A stretch of 38,588 bases of DNA, taken from IMG/VR virus record IMGVR_UViG_3300043765_000079, positions 1-38,588 of that record; one strand, 5' to 3'. A program made the translations under genes and the position numbers. Origin of the DNA: a virus (taxonomy: Duplodnaviria > Caudoviricetes). A model generated the notes under the pieces. The model ran no database searches. It was not told where the DNA came from and was given only the letters and a program-made list of their open reading frames with translations. Shown in pieces: positions 1-8,972 of the stretch. Position 1 is the stretch's first letter; every line of letters starts with the position of its first letter.

Positions 1-3
1 CAG

Positions 4-1851
4 ATGGACCGCTATATCGACAACGAACAGATCCTCGACGCCATGGAGACGGCAGGACACGCGAAGTTCGTGCGCAAGGGTGAGGTTATACCTGACGGCT
101 GGAAAGCTCTTGAGGGCAATTTTGCGCAGCGCGGAGAATGGATCGCGGTTGGTCCCGGTGATGCCGCTGACGTCTACAATCGCTATGCTTCACGCGGCAT
201 CCACGGTGACTTGGCGCGGCCGATCTATGAGAGCCTGCAAGCGGGCGGCAATGCGATCACGGCAACCGAGTTGGGACTATCGGCCTTTCACCTGACGACG
301 ATGGCCGGCGAAGGCGTCGTCAACGACGCTGCGCGTGCGGTCGCGCAAGTCTCGGGGTCCGTCGGCAAAGCGGCTTCCGGCGAGCTCCGAGACGCCGCGC
401 GCCTGCTGAAAGGTGGTTTGCGTTCGGGGCTCCGGGCGTCCATCGGTGCAACGGGCGTGGGAGCTACGGCGGCGGCAGCAGGCAAGACGTTCGCAGCTGT
501 CACTGCTGCTGCCGGTCCCGTTGCCGGCACGATCGCGGGCACGATGGTTGGCGTTGGCGGCCTCGTCGGCATGGGTGTCGGCAAGCTCATGCGCGGCGAC
601 AAGATCCAACGCATCTATCTCGGTCGCGCGCCATCCTCGACGTCGCCGGCCCTTCGTCACATCACCAACCTGCTCACGGCCGCGGGCGGGCGCGCGGTCG
701 GCAAAGGGCATACATTGCGGGAATACCAGTTCTCGCCGGCCGGCTCGTTTTTCACGCAATGGAAGCGAGCGGGAACCAAGGGATTGATAAGCCAGTTCCG
801 CCGCGACTTCGAGAGCAAGCCGGCGAAGGCTGCGGTCAACCAGCTTGGTCGGATCTTCGAGAGCGTGTCGCAACCACTTTTCGAGGTCTACATCCCGAAG
901 ATGAAGACCGGCGCGTTTTACGACAACATGCGCGCGTGGCTGGAGGCTAACCCGACGGCGTCGCTCGATGAGCAAGTGATGATGGCGAGGAAGGTATGGG
1001 ACTCCATCGACAATCGCTTTGGCGAGCTCGTGCAGGACAATATTTTCTGGAACAAGACGGCGAAGCAACTGGCGATGTTGGCCATGCGTTCGTATTCGTG
1101 GAACATGGGGACACTGCGCGAGATCGGTGGCGGAATGCTTTCCGCCGTGAAGCGCCCGCGTGGCGTCTCGATCGCGGCCGGCAAGGAATGGGACCCGCGC
1201 ATCTCCTACGTGATCGCACTGCCCGTCATGTCCGCTCTCATGGGGTCCGTCTATCAGTACCTAAAGACGGGTAAGTCGGCCGGCGACGGTACCCCAGAGG
1301 GCATGCTGCGCGATCTCATGGTGCCGAAGACGGGCGGGCACGTGAGTGGTGTCGGCGGTCGCGGCGAGGTGGAGGAGCGTGCCCAGCTTCCCGGCTACAT
1401 GCGCGACGTGTTCGGCTGGTTCAACGACTGGCAAGGCGAGGTCAAGAACAAGCTGGCGACCGGGCCGCGGATGGCGTGGGAGCTCACCACAAATCGAGAC
1501 TGGCGCGGCGACCCGATCGCGTGGCCGGAAGGGACGCGTCCCGAGGGCTATTGGCCTGACGGCATGAAGGGCGCTTACATGCCCGACTGGCTCAAGGACT
1601 ACATGACGTACATGTTCGCGGGCAATGATCCGCAGCTTGGTCCGATCTCGATCCGCAACTTGATTCAGGGTGAGAAGACGGGCTCGGGGATCACCACTGC
1701 CGAGCAATTCCTAGGCATCCGTCCAGCGAGTATGTATATGCAAGACCCTGAAGGCATGGAGCGCGCCCATCGCGTGTCGGAACGTCGAGCGGGCAAGATG
1801 AAAGCAAGACACCTGCGGCAGCGAGAGCGAGCGTACGGACCACAAGAATGA
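4..1851 (+). CDS. Large internal virion / DNA-ejection-type protein, probably 5'-truncated
   Basis: 615-aa ORF from the window edge with high GC3 and Gly/Ala-rich hydrophobic stretches. Its position at the distal end of the late arm is where podovirus ejection proteins lie. Function is inferred from synteny. Confidence 0.6.
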   Translation: MDRYIDNEQILDAMETAGHAKFVRKGEVIPDGWKALEGNFAQRGEWIAVGPGDAADVYNRYASRGIHGDLARPIYESLQAGGNAITATELGLSAFHLTTMAGEGVVNDAARAVAQVSGSVGKAASGELRDAARLLKGGLRSGLRASIGATGVGATAAAAGKTFAAVTAAAGPVAGTIAGTMVGVGGLVGMGVGKLMRGDKIQRIYLGRAPSSTSPALRHITNLLTAAGGRAVGKGHTLREYQFSPAGSFFTQWKRAGTKGLISQFRRDFESKPAKAAVNQLGRIFESVSQPLFEVYIPKMKTGAFYDNMRAWLEANPTASLDEQVMMARKVWDSIDNRFGELVQDNIFWNKTAKQLAMLAMRSYSWNMGTLREIGGGMLSAVKRPRGVSIAAGKEWDPRISYVIALPVMSALMGSVYQYLKTGKSAGDGTPEGMLRDLMVPKTGGHVSGVGGRGEVEERAQLPGYMRDVFGWFNDWQGEVKNKLATGPRMAWELTTNRDWRGDPIAWPEGTRPEGYWPDGMKGAYMPDWLKDYMTYMFAGNDPQLGPISIRNLIQGEKTGSGITTAEQFLGIRPASMYMQDPEGMERAHRVSERRAGKMKARHLRQRERAYGPQE

Positions 1852-2126
1852 TCTCTGACGACACCGACGAGCACGTGATAATTTTCATTTGCGACTTTCC
1901 GAAGTGCGGCGTGGTGCTGGAGTGCACCCCCGATGCTGAAGGGCGCGAGCTTTGGAAGAGCGAGGGTTGGCGCGCGAAGGCAGGCAAGCATATTTGCGGA
2001 GATTGCGCCATTCGCTACATGTCGAAGCCAGACGTGCAGCGTGAGCTCAGATATCCGAAGCCGAACTCGACGGCGTTTCGGCGGCAGACTTTGTGGAAGC
2101 GGTTGGATCAACTATGCGCGTGCTGA
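1848..2126 (+). CDS. Small Cys-rich putative zinc-finger protein
   Basis: ATGA overlap with the upstream stop; CDFPKC...WR...HICGDC pattern. Confidence 0.65.
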   Translation: MISDDTDEHVIIFICDFPKCGVVLECTPDAEGRELWKSEGWRAKAGKHICGDCAIRYMSKPDVQRELRYPKPNSTAFRRQTLWKRLDQLCAC

Positions 2127-3454
2127 TTATCGATGCTCAAGGGAACGCTCTTGACTTCGCTATGCGTGCACAGAAGGCCGGCCACGATGTTCGCCTGTTC
2201 ATACGCCAAACAGAAAAAACGAAGCATATCGGTCGCGGGCTTGTCGAGCTTACAGACGACTACCGCGCGAATCTGCGATGGGCCAACCTCATTTTCCTCT
2301 CGGACAACACCTTCTATCTGCATGATCTCGATGCGTTCCGACGGTCGGAATTTATAGGTGACACGAAGATTGTAGGGCCAACCGTAGAGTCGGCGGAATG
2401 GGAGCTCGATCGTTCGAAAGGTATGGCTGTTCTTAAGTCCCATGGTGTCAGAGTCCTCCCGTCAAAAAACTTCACCGATTACGACGAGGCAATCACCTAC
2501 GTCGAGAAAGAGCAACGCCGGTTTGTGTCGAAGCCAAGCGGGGACGAGCCCGACAAAGCCTTGAGCTACGTGAGCAAGTCGCCAGAAGATATGATTTACA
2601 TGCTTCGGCGTTGGAAAAAACTTTCCAAGCTCAAGACCCCGTTCATTCTGCAAGATTTTGTTGGTGGCGTGGAAATGGCAGTCGGCGGGTGGTTTGGGCC
2701 CGGTGGATTTAACGAAGGGTGGTGCGAGAATTGGGAATTCAAAAAGCTGATGAATGACGACCTGGGGGTAGCGACCGGCGAGCAGGGCACTGTGCTTCGC
2801 TATGTCAAGCGCAGCAAGCTCGCGAGTGCGATGCTGGTACCACTTGAGTCGATCCTCGAAAAGATGCGGTACACAGGGTACATCGACGTCAACTGCATCA
2901 TCGACGAGAAGGGCAACGCATGGCCACTTGAGTTCACCATGCGACCGGGTTGGCCCACGTTCAATATACAAACGTGTCTTCACACCGGGGACCCAGTTGA
3001 ATGGGTGATGGATCTTGCCCAAGGTGAAGATCGCCGAGCAATCCTCTTCAACCGGATTGCCGTTGGCGTGGTCATGTCTATTCCCGATTATCCCTACTCG
3101 CATCTGACACGAAAAGAGGTCATCGGGGTACCGATTTACGGGGTCAAGAATTCGTTGTGGCAGCATATCCACCCCTGTGAGATGATGATGGGCGAGGACA
3201 TTCCGTGTCAGGTGAAGGACAAGATTATCTCTATGCAGTTACCGGTGACAGCCGGGGACTACGTGTTAGTGATGACCTCCTACGCGGATACGGTGAAGGA
3301 CGCGGCGATGACCGTGTATCGTCGATTGAGTTCCTTGATCGTGCCGAACTCCCCGGCTTACCGAACGGACATCGGCAAGAGGCTCGCGAAGCAGCTTCCG
3401 AAGATCCAGAGGTTCGGGTACGCGACGGGGATGCTCTACTCCCCGCCCTCTTAA
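2114..3454 (+). CDS. PurD (GAR synthetase)-like ATP-grasp ligase
   Basis: ATP-grasp motifs FVSKP, ILQDFVGGVE, EFKKLMNDDLGVATGEQG (cf. PurD GPNTGGMG loop) and LEFTMRPGWP (cf. IEFNxRFGDPE). Start placed at MRVLII. Confidence 0.85.
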   Translation: MRVLIIDAQGNALDFAMRAQKAGHDVRLFIRQTEKTKHIGRGLVELTDDYRANLRWANLIFLSDNTFYLHDLDAFRRSEFIGDTKIVGPTVESAEWELDRSKGMAVLKSHGVRVLPSKNFTDYDEAITYVEKEQRRFVSKPSGDEPDKALSYVSKSPEDMIYMLRRWKKLSKLKTPFILQDFVGGVEMAVGGWFGPGGFNEGWCENWEFKKLMNDDLGVATGEQGTVLRYVKRSKLASAMLVPLESILEKMRYTGYIDVNCIIDEKGNAWPLEFTMRPGWPTFNIQTCLHTGDPVEWVMDLAQGEDRRAILFNRIAVGVVMSIPDYPYSHLTRKEVIGVPIYGVKNSLWQHIHPCEMMMGEDIPCQVKDKIISMQLPVTAGDYVLVMTSYADTVKDAAMTVYRRLSSLIVPNSPAYRTDIGKRLAKQLPKIQRFGYATGMLYSPPS

Positions 3455-3474
3455 AGAGCGGCGCCCAGGAGGCC

Positions 3475-3732
3475 ATGGAGAAGCAGATCGAGCTCATGCG
3501 CATGTCGTGTGATCCCGACAACTATTCCGACAAGGAGGTGTGGCTGGGGGTGTGTCGCATCGTGAATTCGGCGGCCACGTCGATCCTGAACATGCAGGCG
3601 AAAGCGGACGAAGCATCACTGCGCTCTAAGCAGTTCGACCGTCTTGCGGAGTTGTTGCAGAACGTAGCTGATGAGGAACGTCTTCGTCCGCTGGTGACGC
3701 TGGAGCAACAACACGAGGAATCCCGGACATAG
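3475..3732 (+). CDS. Helical hypothetical protein, possibly TerS-like; start uncertain (ORF open from 3205)
   Basis: High-GC3 codons after the ATP-grasp stop; RIVNSAATSIL resembles the AAxxIL helix seen in some small terminases. Confidence 0.5.
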   Translation: MEKQIELMRMSCDPDNYSDKEVWLGVCRIVNSAATSILNMQAKADEASLRSKQFDRLAELLQNVADEERLRPLVTLEQQHEESRT

Positions 3733-6085
3733 CGGGGTGCTGTCCGTCGATCTCCATGGCCCACACCTGCCCGCCTGCATAGACAGTGCCGGCGCCAAGC
3801 GTGATGCGGCAGCGGCGATTAACCACCACCTTCATCGACACCAGCTTGTCCATCATCGCCTTGTAGCTGCGGCCCTGCTTGGTCGCCCAATCACGCAGCG
3901 CACCGAGCACGATGAAGTAGCGCTGCCGATCGCTCTCAAGGCGGATCGAGAGACGACCGCTCGAAGGCTTCTCCCACATTACCGCTTTCTCGTGCGGCTG
4001 GTAGCGGCCAGCGACGATGATGCGTTCCCCGTGATGCTGGTCGATGTAGGTCGAGAGCAGCGGGACTTCCCAATCCTGCTCTTTCGGCTTCATGCGCTCG
4101 CCAAGTTGCGCGATGAGCCACTTAATCACTCTCGTTACATTGAAATCGACTAGGCCGAGTGCAGAGGCAATCTTGCCGCCGACCGCACAGGCAGCGACGG
4201 TTCTCACCCAAAAGCGGTGACGCTCGTCCCAGCCAGTGCTGACGTATATGGCTTGGGTTGCTTTCTCCAGTTGCGCTTTCGTCCACGCCAGATTTTCCGG
4301 CACCACCAGCCACGAGAGGTAGGTATCGCCCGCCCATCCTGCGTTCTCCTGAAGCTGGCGTTTGAGTTTGTCGCCGTAAATGTGCCCCTTCCCTTGCGGG
4401 ATCGAGCACGGCAGTTCGATGACGCGCATTTGCGCGGCGTCTTCGACTTCGCTCTCGATCGCCAGCAGATCGACAAGCGAGAAATTGTCGGTGGTGATGA
4501 GGATGTTCTGCCACGTCGCGGCCATGTGCCGGATCGAGCCGTCACGGCTCCCGCGCGGCTTGTCGCCGCCACCCGTGAACATGAGCACGTAGTCGCGCAT
4601 CACCACCGGATCGCGCGCGCGAAGCTCGTCGTTCATCACCGGCAGATTACCGATCGCCGCGAACGTGAGCCCACGAACAACTTTCGAGAATTCGGTCTTG
4701 ACCTCCAGCCCCTTCTGCTGCCCCCAGATGGTGATAGCGCCCAATGCCGCGGTAGTCTTGCCCTTCGCAGTGTCGGGGGAAACGTATGACAAAATAGCGC
4801 CCCCTTCCGTCGGGGATAAAAACTTCATCAAAGGGGCCGCGAAACCCGCGCACACAGCAACACTTTGCCCTTCGCAGTCTACAGCAAACAAGGAATTTGC
4901 TGCATCCCGCCACTTCTCCAGAGACCCTTTTTGGGTTGGCCCGACCCATTGTGAACGCGTGTGCATTTCGGATGAACCGGTTGCGGGCATCTTGCCGCGC
5001 GCGGTGTAGAGCGTGTCTCCGAGCAAGAAGCTCGTGTCGTTCTCTTTCCATCCGTACTGCTCGTAGGTCATTTCGGTTTTGTGATTTTGATGCCACAGAT
5101 CGGCGGCGTCACGGGTGTAAGCGAAAAAGAGTTTAGAGTCTCTGATGTTGGCGCCGCGATCGGAGAGTTCCCCGAGCCCTCTGGGGCCAAATAAACTGAT
5201 TGCGGGAATTGAGATATCGAACCAACCGCGATGAGGCAAAAACTGCTTGAATACGAATCCAAAGCTACCGCTTGTTTCCCCAGTTTGAATTCGATCGAGG
5301 AAGATCGGGTGGTGTGAAACCACGATATTGACAGGACGACCGTCAGGACTTGCAGTGCAAAAAACAAGAGACCCATGAGCGTCCCAAGCGTAATCCCGCG
5401 GAAGATTGATCGGTTCAGAGTCAGCAGTATCCCCTGAATCGCCTCCAATGAATTCGCTAGCGGAAGCATGTCCATTTGGCGGTTGCGCGCCGCCTTCTCC
5501 ATCGTGCGCAGTTCGCTCAACTCCTCCGGTGTCATCTACTCGCGCTCCCGCATCATGCGAAGCTGGTGCAGCATCGTCGACGCCTCCACGATATCCGAGG
5601 CTAATTGGTGAATGGATGCGTCCAAAGAATTTGCAGCTTCGGCAAGTCGGCGGGTCGAGGCTGTGGAAATAGGCACATGTGGGGGGAGCGGCAGCCTCAC
5701 GCCATCTTTCAATCTTGTCTTGGGTCTCTGCGTGAAGGTACCTTGGATCTCCTCTAGAGTTTCGGTGACCGAATTCTTCGCCCTGTCGAGTGAATGCAAC
5801 AATGCCAAGACACGCTCTCCACAGTGGCTCAGGCTGGTTGCCACGACTGCGCACAAAGCTGCCGAATTGAGGGCACTGACGTGCGATGCTGTCGGCATCG
5901 GCACCGCTATCGCGCAGGAGGTCAGCCTGGACTCGATCGCCCGGAGATCGTGCGGCTCTATTCGCCCGTCTAGTATGTCGATGAGCGTCTTGACGATCGT
6001 GTCGTGCTCCAGATTCACGCGGACCACTCCACCCATTGATGGCCTCCCAAAGTTGGTCATAGCTGTACGGACCCTTCAGAGGCAT
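3626..6085 (-). CDS. Primase C-terminal (PriCT/Cys-cluster) + DUF927 P-loop helicase
   Basis: EPLWRACLGI and PPTC...CRSC Cys cluster; QYGW motif; Walker A TAKGKTT; Walker B PVMNDE; GGDKPRG; SD GAGAGG 8 nt before the ATG. Confidence 0.85.
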   Translation of the reverse strand: MPLKGPYSYDQLWEAINGWSGPRESGARHDRQDAHRHTRRANRAARSPGDRVQADLLRDSGADADSIARQCPQFGSFVRSRGNQPEPLWRACLGIVAFTRQGEEFGHRNSRGDPRYLHAETQDKIERWREAAAPPTCAYFHSLDPPTCRSCKFFGRIHSPISLGYRGGVDDAAPASHDAGARVDDTGGVERTAHDGEGGAQPPNGHASASEFIGGDSGDTADSEPINLPRDYAWDAHGSLVFCTASPDGRPVNIVVSHHPIFLDRIQTGETSGSFGFVFKQFLPHRGWFDISIPAISLFGPRGLGELSDRGANIRDSKLFFAYTRDAADLWHQNHKTEMTYEQYGWKENDTSFLLGDTLYTARGKMPATGSSEMHTRSQWVGPTQKGSLEKWRDAANSLFAVDCEGQSVAVCAGFAAPLMKFLSPTEGGAILSYVSPDTAKGKTTAALGAITIWGQQKGLEVKTEFSKVVRGLTFAAIGNLPVMNDELRARDPVVMRDYVLMFTGGGDKPRGSRDGSIRHMAATWQNILITTDNFSLVDLLAIESEVEDAAQMRVIELPCSIPQGKGHIYGDKLKRQLQENAGWAGDTYLSWLVVPENLAWTKAQLEKATQAIYVSTGWDERHRFWVRTVAACAVGGKIASALGLVDFNVTRVIKWLIAQLGERMKPKEQDWEVPLLSTYIDQHHGERIIVAGRYQPHEKAVMWEKPSSGRLSIRLESDRQRYFIVLGALRDWATKQGRSYKAMMDKLVSMKVVVNRRCRITLGAGTVYAGGQVWAMEIDGQHPAMSGIPRVVAPASPADEDVPHQLRSATTPQDGRTA
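5068..5535 (-). CDS. Putative overprinted membrane protein nested in the helicase gene
   Basis: +1 frame; TAGATG junction; GGGAG SD; hydrophobic ITLGTLMGLLFFALQVLTVVLSISWF; host frame is T-rich at third positions here. Confidence 0.5.
   Translation of the reverse strand: MTPEELSELRTMEKAARNRQMDMLPLANSLEAIQGILLTLNRSIFRGITLGTLMGLLFFALQVLTVVLSISWFHTTRSSSIEFKLGKQAVALDSYSSSFCLIAVGSISQFPQSVYLAPEGSGNSPIAAPTSETLNSFSLTPVTPPICGIKITKPK
5536..6036 (-). CDS. Putative overprinted helical protein nested in the helicase gene
   Basis: +1 frame; GGAGG 6 nt before the ATG; high-GC3 codons where the host frame is a low-complexity linker. Confidence 0.45.
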   Translation of the reverse strand: MGGVVRVNLEHDTIVKTLIDILDGRIEPHDLRAIESRLTSCAIAVPMPTASHVSALNSAALCAVVATSLSHCGERVLALLHSLDRAKNSVTETLEEIQGTFTQRPKTRLKDGVRLPLPPHVPISTASTRRLAEAANSLDASIHQLASDIVEASTMLHQLRMMRERE

Positions 6086-6648
6086 CGCACGAGCCTCTCT
6101 TGTCCGTGTTTGCGATTGTGTGTGCCGACAGGGCGAAGGATAACCGCAGAATTACCCGTGAGCGAATGGTCGGCCTCCAAGTCAATCCCAATGCAAACGC
6201 CTCGGAAATAGTCAGCGAGTTTTTGCCAGCGAACACGGTCCACGTTCTCTGCCATTGGCCAATAACAGTGAAGACCGTAACCCGAATCAACGACAATGGG
6301 TTCAGGGAGATTGATGTGCCGGGGTAGTGCAGCCACAGCTTGCGCGGCTTCATCTTGGTCCTTGTAGGGCGAGGGCTTCTTGTGGGTGTCTCCATAGTCG
6401 ACGTCAAGCCAGAGCGAGCGAAGAAATCGCACGTTCTCGATGGTGCGCCGTGGTGCAGTGAAGGTCGCGCACGCGTGGTAGACGGTGTGACCGTTCGCGT
6501 CGTTGACCCGTATCGCATCCACCATCCCCCCAAGAGTGGGCTTGAAGATGTGCGAGACCCGCTCCGCCGATCCCCCGAGAAAAACGACGACACAGTACAG
6601 CCCCTCACTTGGAAGCACCCGCTCCAGAAACTCTTCGAGTGTGTTCAT
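6076..6648 (-). CDS. AEP/RepB'-type primase catalytic domain
   Basis: Motifs LWLDVD, VDSGYGLHCYW and ILRPVGTHN. Confidence 0.85.
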   Translation of the reverse strand: MNTLEEFLERVLPSEGLYCVVVFLGGSAERVSHIFKPTLGGMVDAIRVNDANGHTVYHACATFTAPRRTIENVRFLRSLWLDVDYGDTHKKPSPYKDQDEAAQAVAALPRHINLPEPIVVDSGYGLHCYWPMAENVDRVRWQKLADYFRGVCIGIDLEADHSLTGNSAVILRPVGTHNRKHGQERLVRCL

Positions 6649-6916
6649 CTAGGACCCCCTGCATGTACTCGACGCGTTCTCTAGGCGTCAGATCGTCGGG
6701 GATCGGAAAGCGTCTCCGAGAGCGAATAGCATCCTCCAAATCTGCTAACTTTTTGTGTGCCAAAACCCCCGCAGGACCCCATGGGATGTTCCCCTCGTTT
6801 ATCCATTTGTAGACGGTCTGATATGGCCGGTTGAACCACCGGACCATATCCGAGACCGTCATTGCGCCGTCACGAAGGCAAAGCTGAAGGCGCTCCTGAA
6901 AACTTTTGGCGGGCAC
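6605..6916 (-). CDS. Cro/XRE-like HTH protein
   Basis: MTVSDMVRWFNRPYQTVYKW HTH-like pattern; upstream of the primase. Confidence 0.65.
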   Translation of the reverse strand: MPAKSFQERLQLCLRDGAMTVSDMVRWFNRPYQTVYKWINEGNIPWGPAGVLAHKKLADLEDAIRSRRRFPIPDDLTPRERVEYMQGVLDEHTRRVSGAGASK

Positions 6917-6920
6917 TCAC

Positions 6921-8159
6921 TTAGCTCCTGAACAGCGCGTCCAGTTCAGCGTCCATCCCCGCGGGCGGCGGTTCCGGGCTCTCGGAAACGCCGAAGTTAC
7001 CTCCGGCCGCCTCGCGCCCTTCCTGCGCCTGCTGCCCTGCGACATCCCTGCTTGCCTCGTTGGTTCGTCTGAGGTTTTCGGGGATATCGGGGTAGGTGTC
7101 TTCGAGCCGCTGGCTAGGTGCCGGCGCTACGGTCTTGGGCTTGCCGGCGCGCGTACGAGGGCGACCGGTAGCTTTCTGTCCTTGTGTGTCTTGACCGGCA
7201 ACGATCGCCTCTCGCTCATGCGTTTGCGCTCGTTGCTGCGCATGATCCGCGGCACTGCCCTGCCCACGGGCTGCCAAGGCGCGTTGCGAGAGCGAACGGG
7301 AAGCCGGGGCTGGAGATGCAGCCGGTGCCTGCCCGTTCGCCTCCGCGCCAACAGCAGTCTCCTGCTGACGCGACTCTTGCGGCGCCTGCAAAGCCAGCGC
7401 CTTCTGTTTCTCCAGCGGTATCGGCATGTCGTTGCGACCGACCAGTATCGCGCCTGCATCCTCGTCCCAGGCGGCATTGCGCATGGCCGCAAGCTCGGGA
7501 TCGATGAAGCCGGCCGGTTTGAAGCGAAGCGTTCCCTGGCTCTCGAAATAGACGCGAGTGATGAGATCGCTGACGGTCAGCCGTCGATCGCCTAGCGTCT
7601 TCTTGCCGACCGCTTCGACGTAGGCGCGCAGGTGCTTGTGGCTGTTCGGCGGCACGCGCATCTGAAAGAGCGTGTTGAGGTAGAATTCGCCCTCTGCATC
7701 CTTCAACTTGCCGGCATAGATCGCGCCGATCTTCTTGTACTCGCGGCATGCCGGAATGTCCTTACCGGTGAAGCGGGACACTTCCGACCCCCACTCGGCG
7801 AAGTGGCACGTCGCACACACCGGAGCCATCGGCCGCGCGCAATTGGCAGACGGCGCAACACCGTTGTCCGACCAGCAATCGGGCGGATTGAATGTCGTGG
7901 CGCCCTTCTGATACGGGTTGGCGTAGTATACCCGCGACTTGTTCGGATTGGTATCGAAGATAACAATGTCGCAGTAGGGTCCCATTTGCGGGTCGAAAGT
8001 CTGACACGGCTCTTTGGTGCCGTCGGCGTCGATCAGCGTGAAGCGCTGGTCGTCGATCGAGATGGTCGGCGGCGAACCGAAGCCGAGACCCGAGCGAAGG
8101 TCGTCGTTGATGTGCGAGGGCGGAAGCCTGTTCAGATGTGCGGGTACCTGATTACTCAT
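6921..8159 (-). CDS. Putative Zn-binding ssDNA-binding protein with a long disordered tail
   Basis: CWSDNG...CATC...WGS...ACR Cys motif and RVPPNS, typical of phage replication-module proteins; acidic C-terminus. Confidence 0.6.
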   Translation of the reverse strand: MSNQVPAHLNRLPPSHINDDLRSGLGFGSPPTISIDDQRFTLIDADGTKEPCQTFDPQMGPYCDIVIFDTNPNKSRVYYANPYQKGATTFNPPDCWSDNGVAPSANCARPMAPVCATCHFAEWGSEVSRFTGKDIPACREYKKIGAIYAGKLKDAEGEFYLNTLFQMRVPPNSHKHLRAYVEAVGKKTLGDRRLTVSDLITRVYFESQGTLRFKPAGFIDPELAAMRNAAWDEDAGAILVGRNDMPIPLEKQKALALQAPQESRQQETAVGAEANGQAPAASPAPASRSLSQRALAARGQGSAADHAQQRAQTHEREAIVAGQDTQGQKATGRPRTRAGKPKTVAPAPSQRLEDTYPDIPENLRRTNEASRDVAGQQAQEGREAAGGNFGVSESPEPPPAGMDAELDALFRS

Positions 8160-8575
8160 TTTGCTCTTTTCTCCGGGGCTGGCAAAAGCGGCGCATGGTT
8201 GCCGCCTTTGTAGTGATCCTCGATCGCTTTCGAGGTGTACTCGTAAACCGTCTTGCCATCGGGCATGACGACGTGCGCCAAGAATGCCTCCTCGAAGCTC
8301 TCGATGCCACTCTCGACGGCTTCAAGCTTGGCCTGCACGCAAAGCTTCAGTGCTCGCCACATACGGCGATTGGGAGGTGCGTCTTCCTTCTTGTCCCCAT
8401 GAAGCGGAAGGTCGAAGCGGATACGGCGCTCGTTCGCCTCGAAGACGATGGTGGCCCGGTTCGCTTCCTCAAAGTACATGAAACGATCAGCGCCATATTT
8501 CTTCAAGATCGCCTGTATCTCGTTGCGCGTCTGAACGACCGGAACTTTGGTTTTATACGCGTAAGGCACCGACAA
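8156..8575 (-). CDS. Phage hypothetical protein
   Basis: WRALKLCVQAKLEAVESGIESFEEAFLAH motif that I recognise from phage hypotheticals; stop overlaps the next start (ATGA). Confidence 0.8.
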   Translation of the reverse strand: MSVPYAYKTKVPVVQTRNEIQAILKKYGADRFMYFEEANRATIVFEANERRIRFDLPLHGDKKEDAPPNRRMWRALKLCVQAKLEAVESGIESFEEAFLAHVVMPDGKTVYEYTSKAIEDHYKGGNHAPLLPAPEKRAK

Positions 8576-8972
8576 CGGCCTCCAGGCTAGTTGTCACGAG
8601 CTCTGCTGTCTTCACCATCAGATCGGGCTCGCGAAGCTCGGGGACATAGACAATGGTGCGCTTGCCAGCACCGCACGCCCATCCAAGCTCTATGCTGGCC
8701 GAAACGCCGCACGGCATGACGTACACACATGCGTCGCACTCTCGAAGATGGTCCATATCGCGTTTGAAGCCTTCGATCGCGCGTGGGTGATTGAGGCCCT
8801 TCATGTACTTTGTCACGTCAGACGGCCAATTCAGCCAATCGTCATCGACTTCCGACCAGCGAAATCCTTTGCTGTCCTTGAAATCGTAAACGATGTGACC
8901 TTCCTCGCGCAGTCGGATCACGACGTTCGGCTGATGCATGTTGCGCCACGAGCTTGCGACATAAACCTTCAT
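8553..8972 (-). CDS. Nucleoside 2-deoxyribosyltransferase / nucleotide N-glycosidase-like protein
   Basis: MKVYVASSW, D..HLRECDACV and SASIELGWA.G.GK match the NDT-fold pattern including the catalytic Glu. Confidence 0.75.
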   Translation of the reverse strand: MKVYVASSWRNMHQPNVVIRLREEGHIVYDFKDSKGFRWSEVDDDWLNWPSDVTKYMKGLNHPRAIEGFKRDMDHLRECDACVYVMPCGVSASIELGWACGAGKRTIVYVPELREPDLMVKTAELVTTSLEAVVGALRV

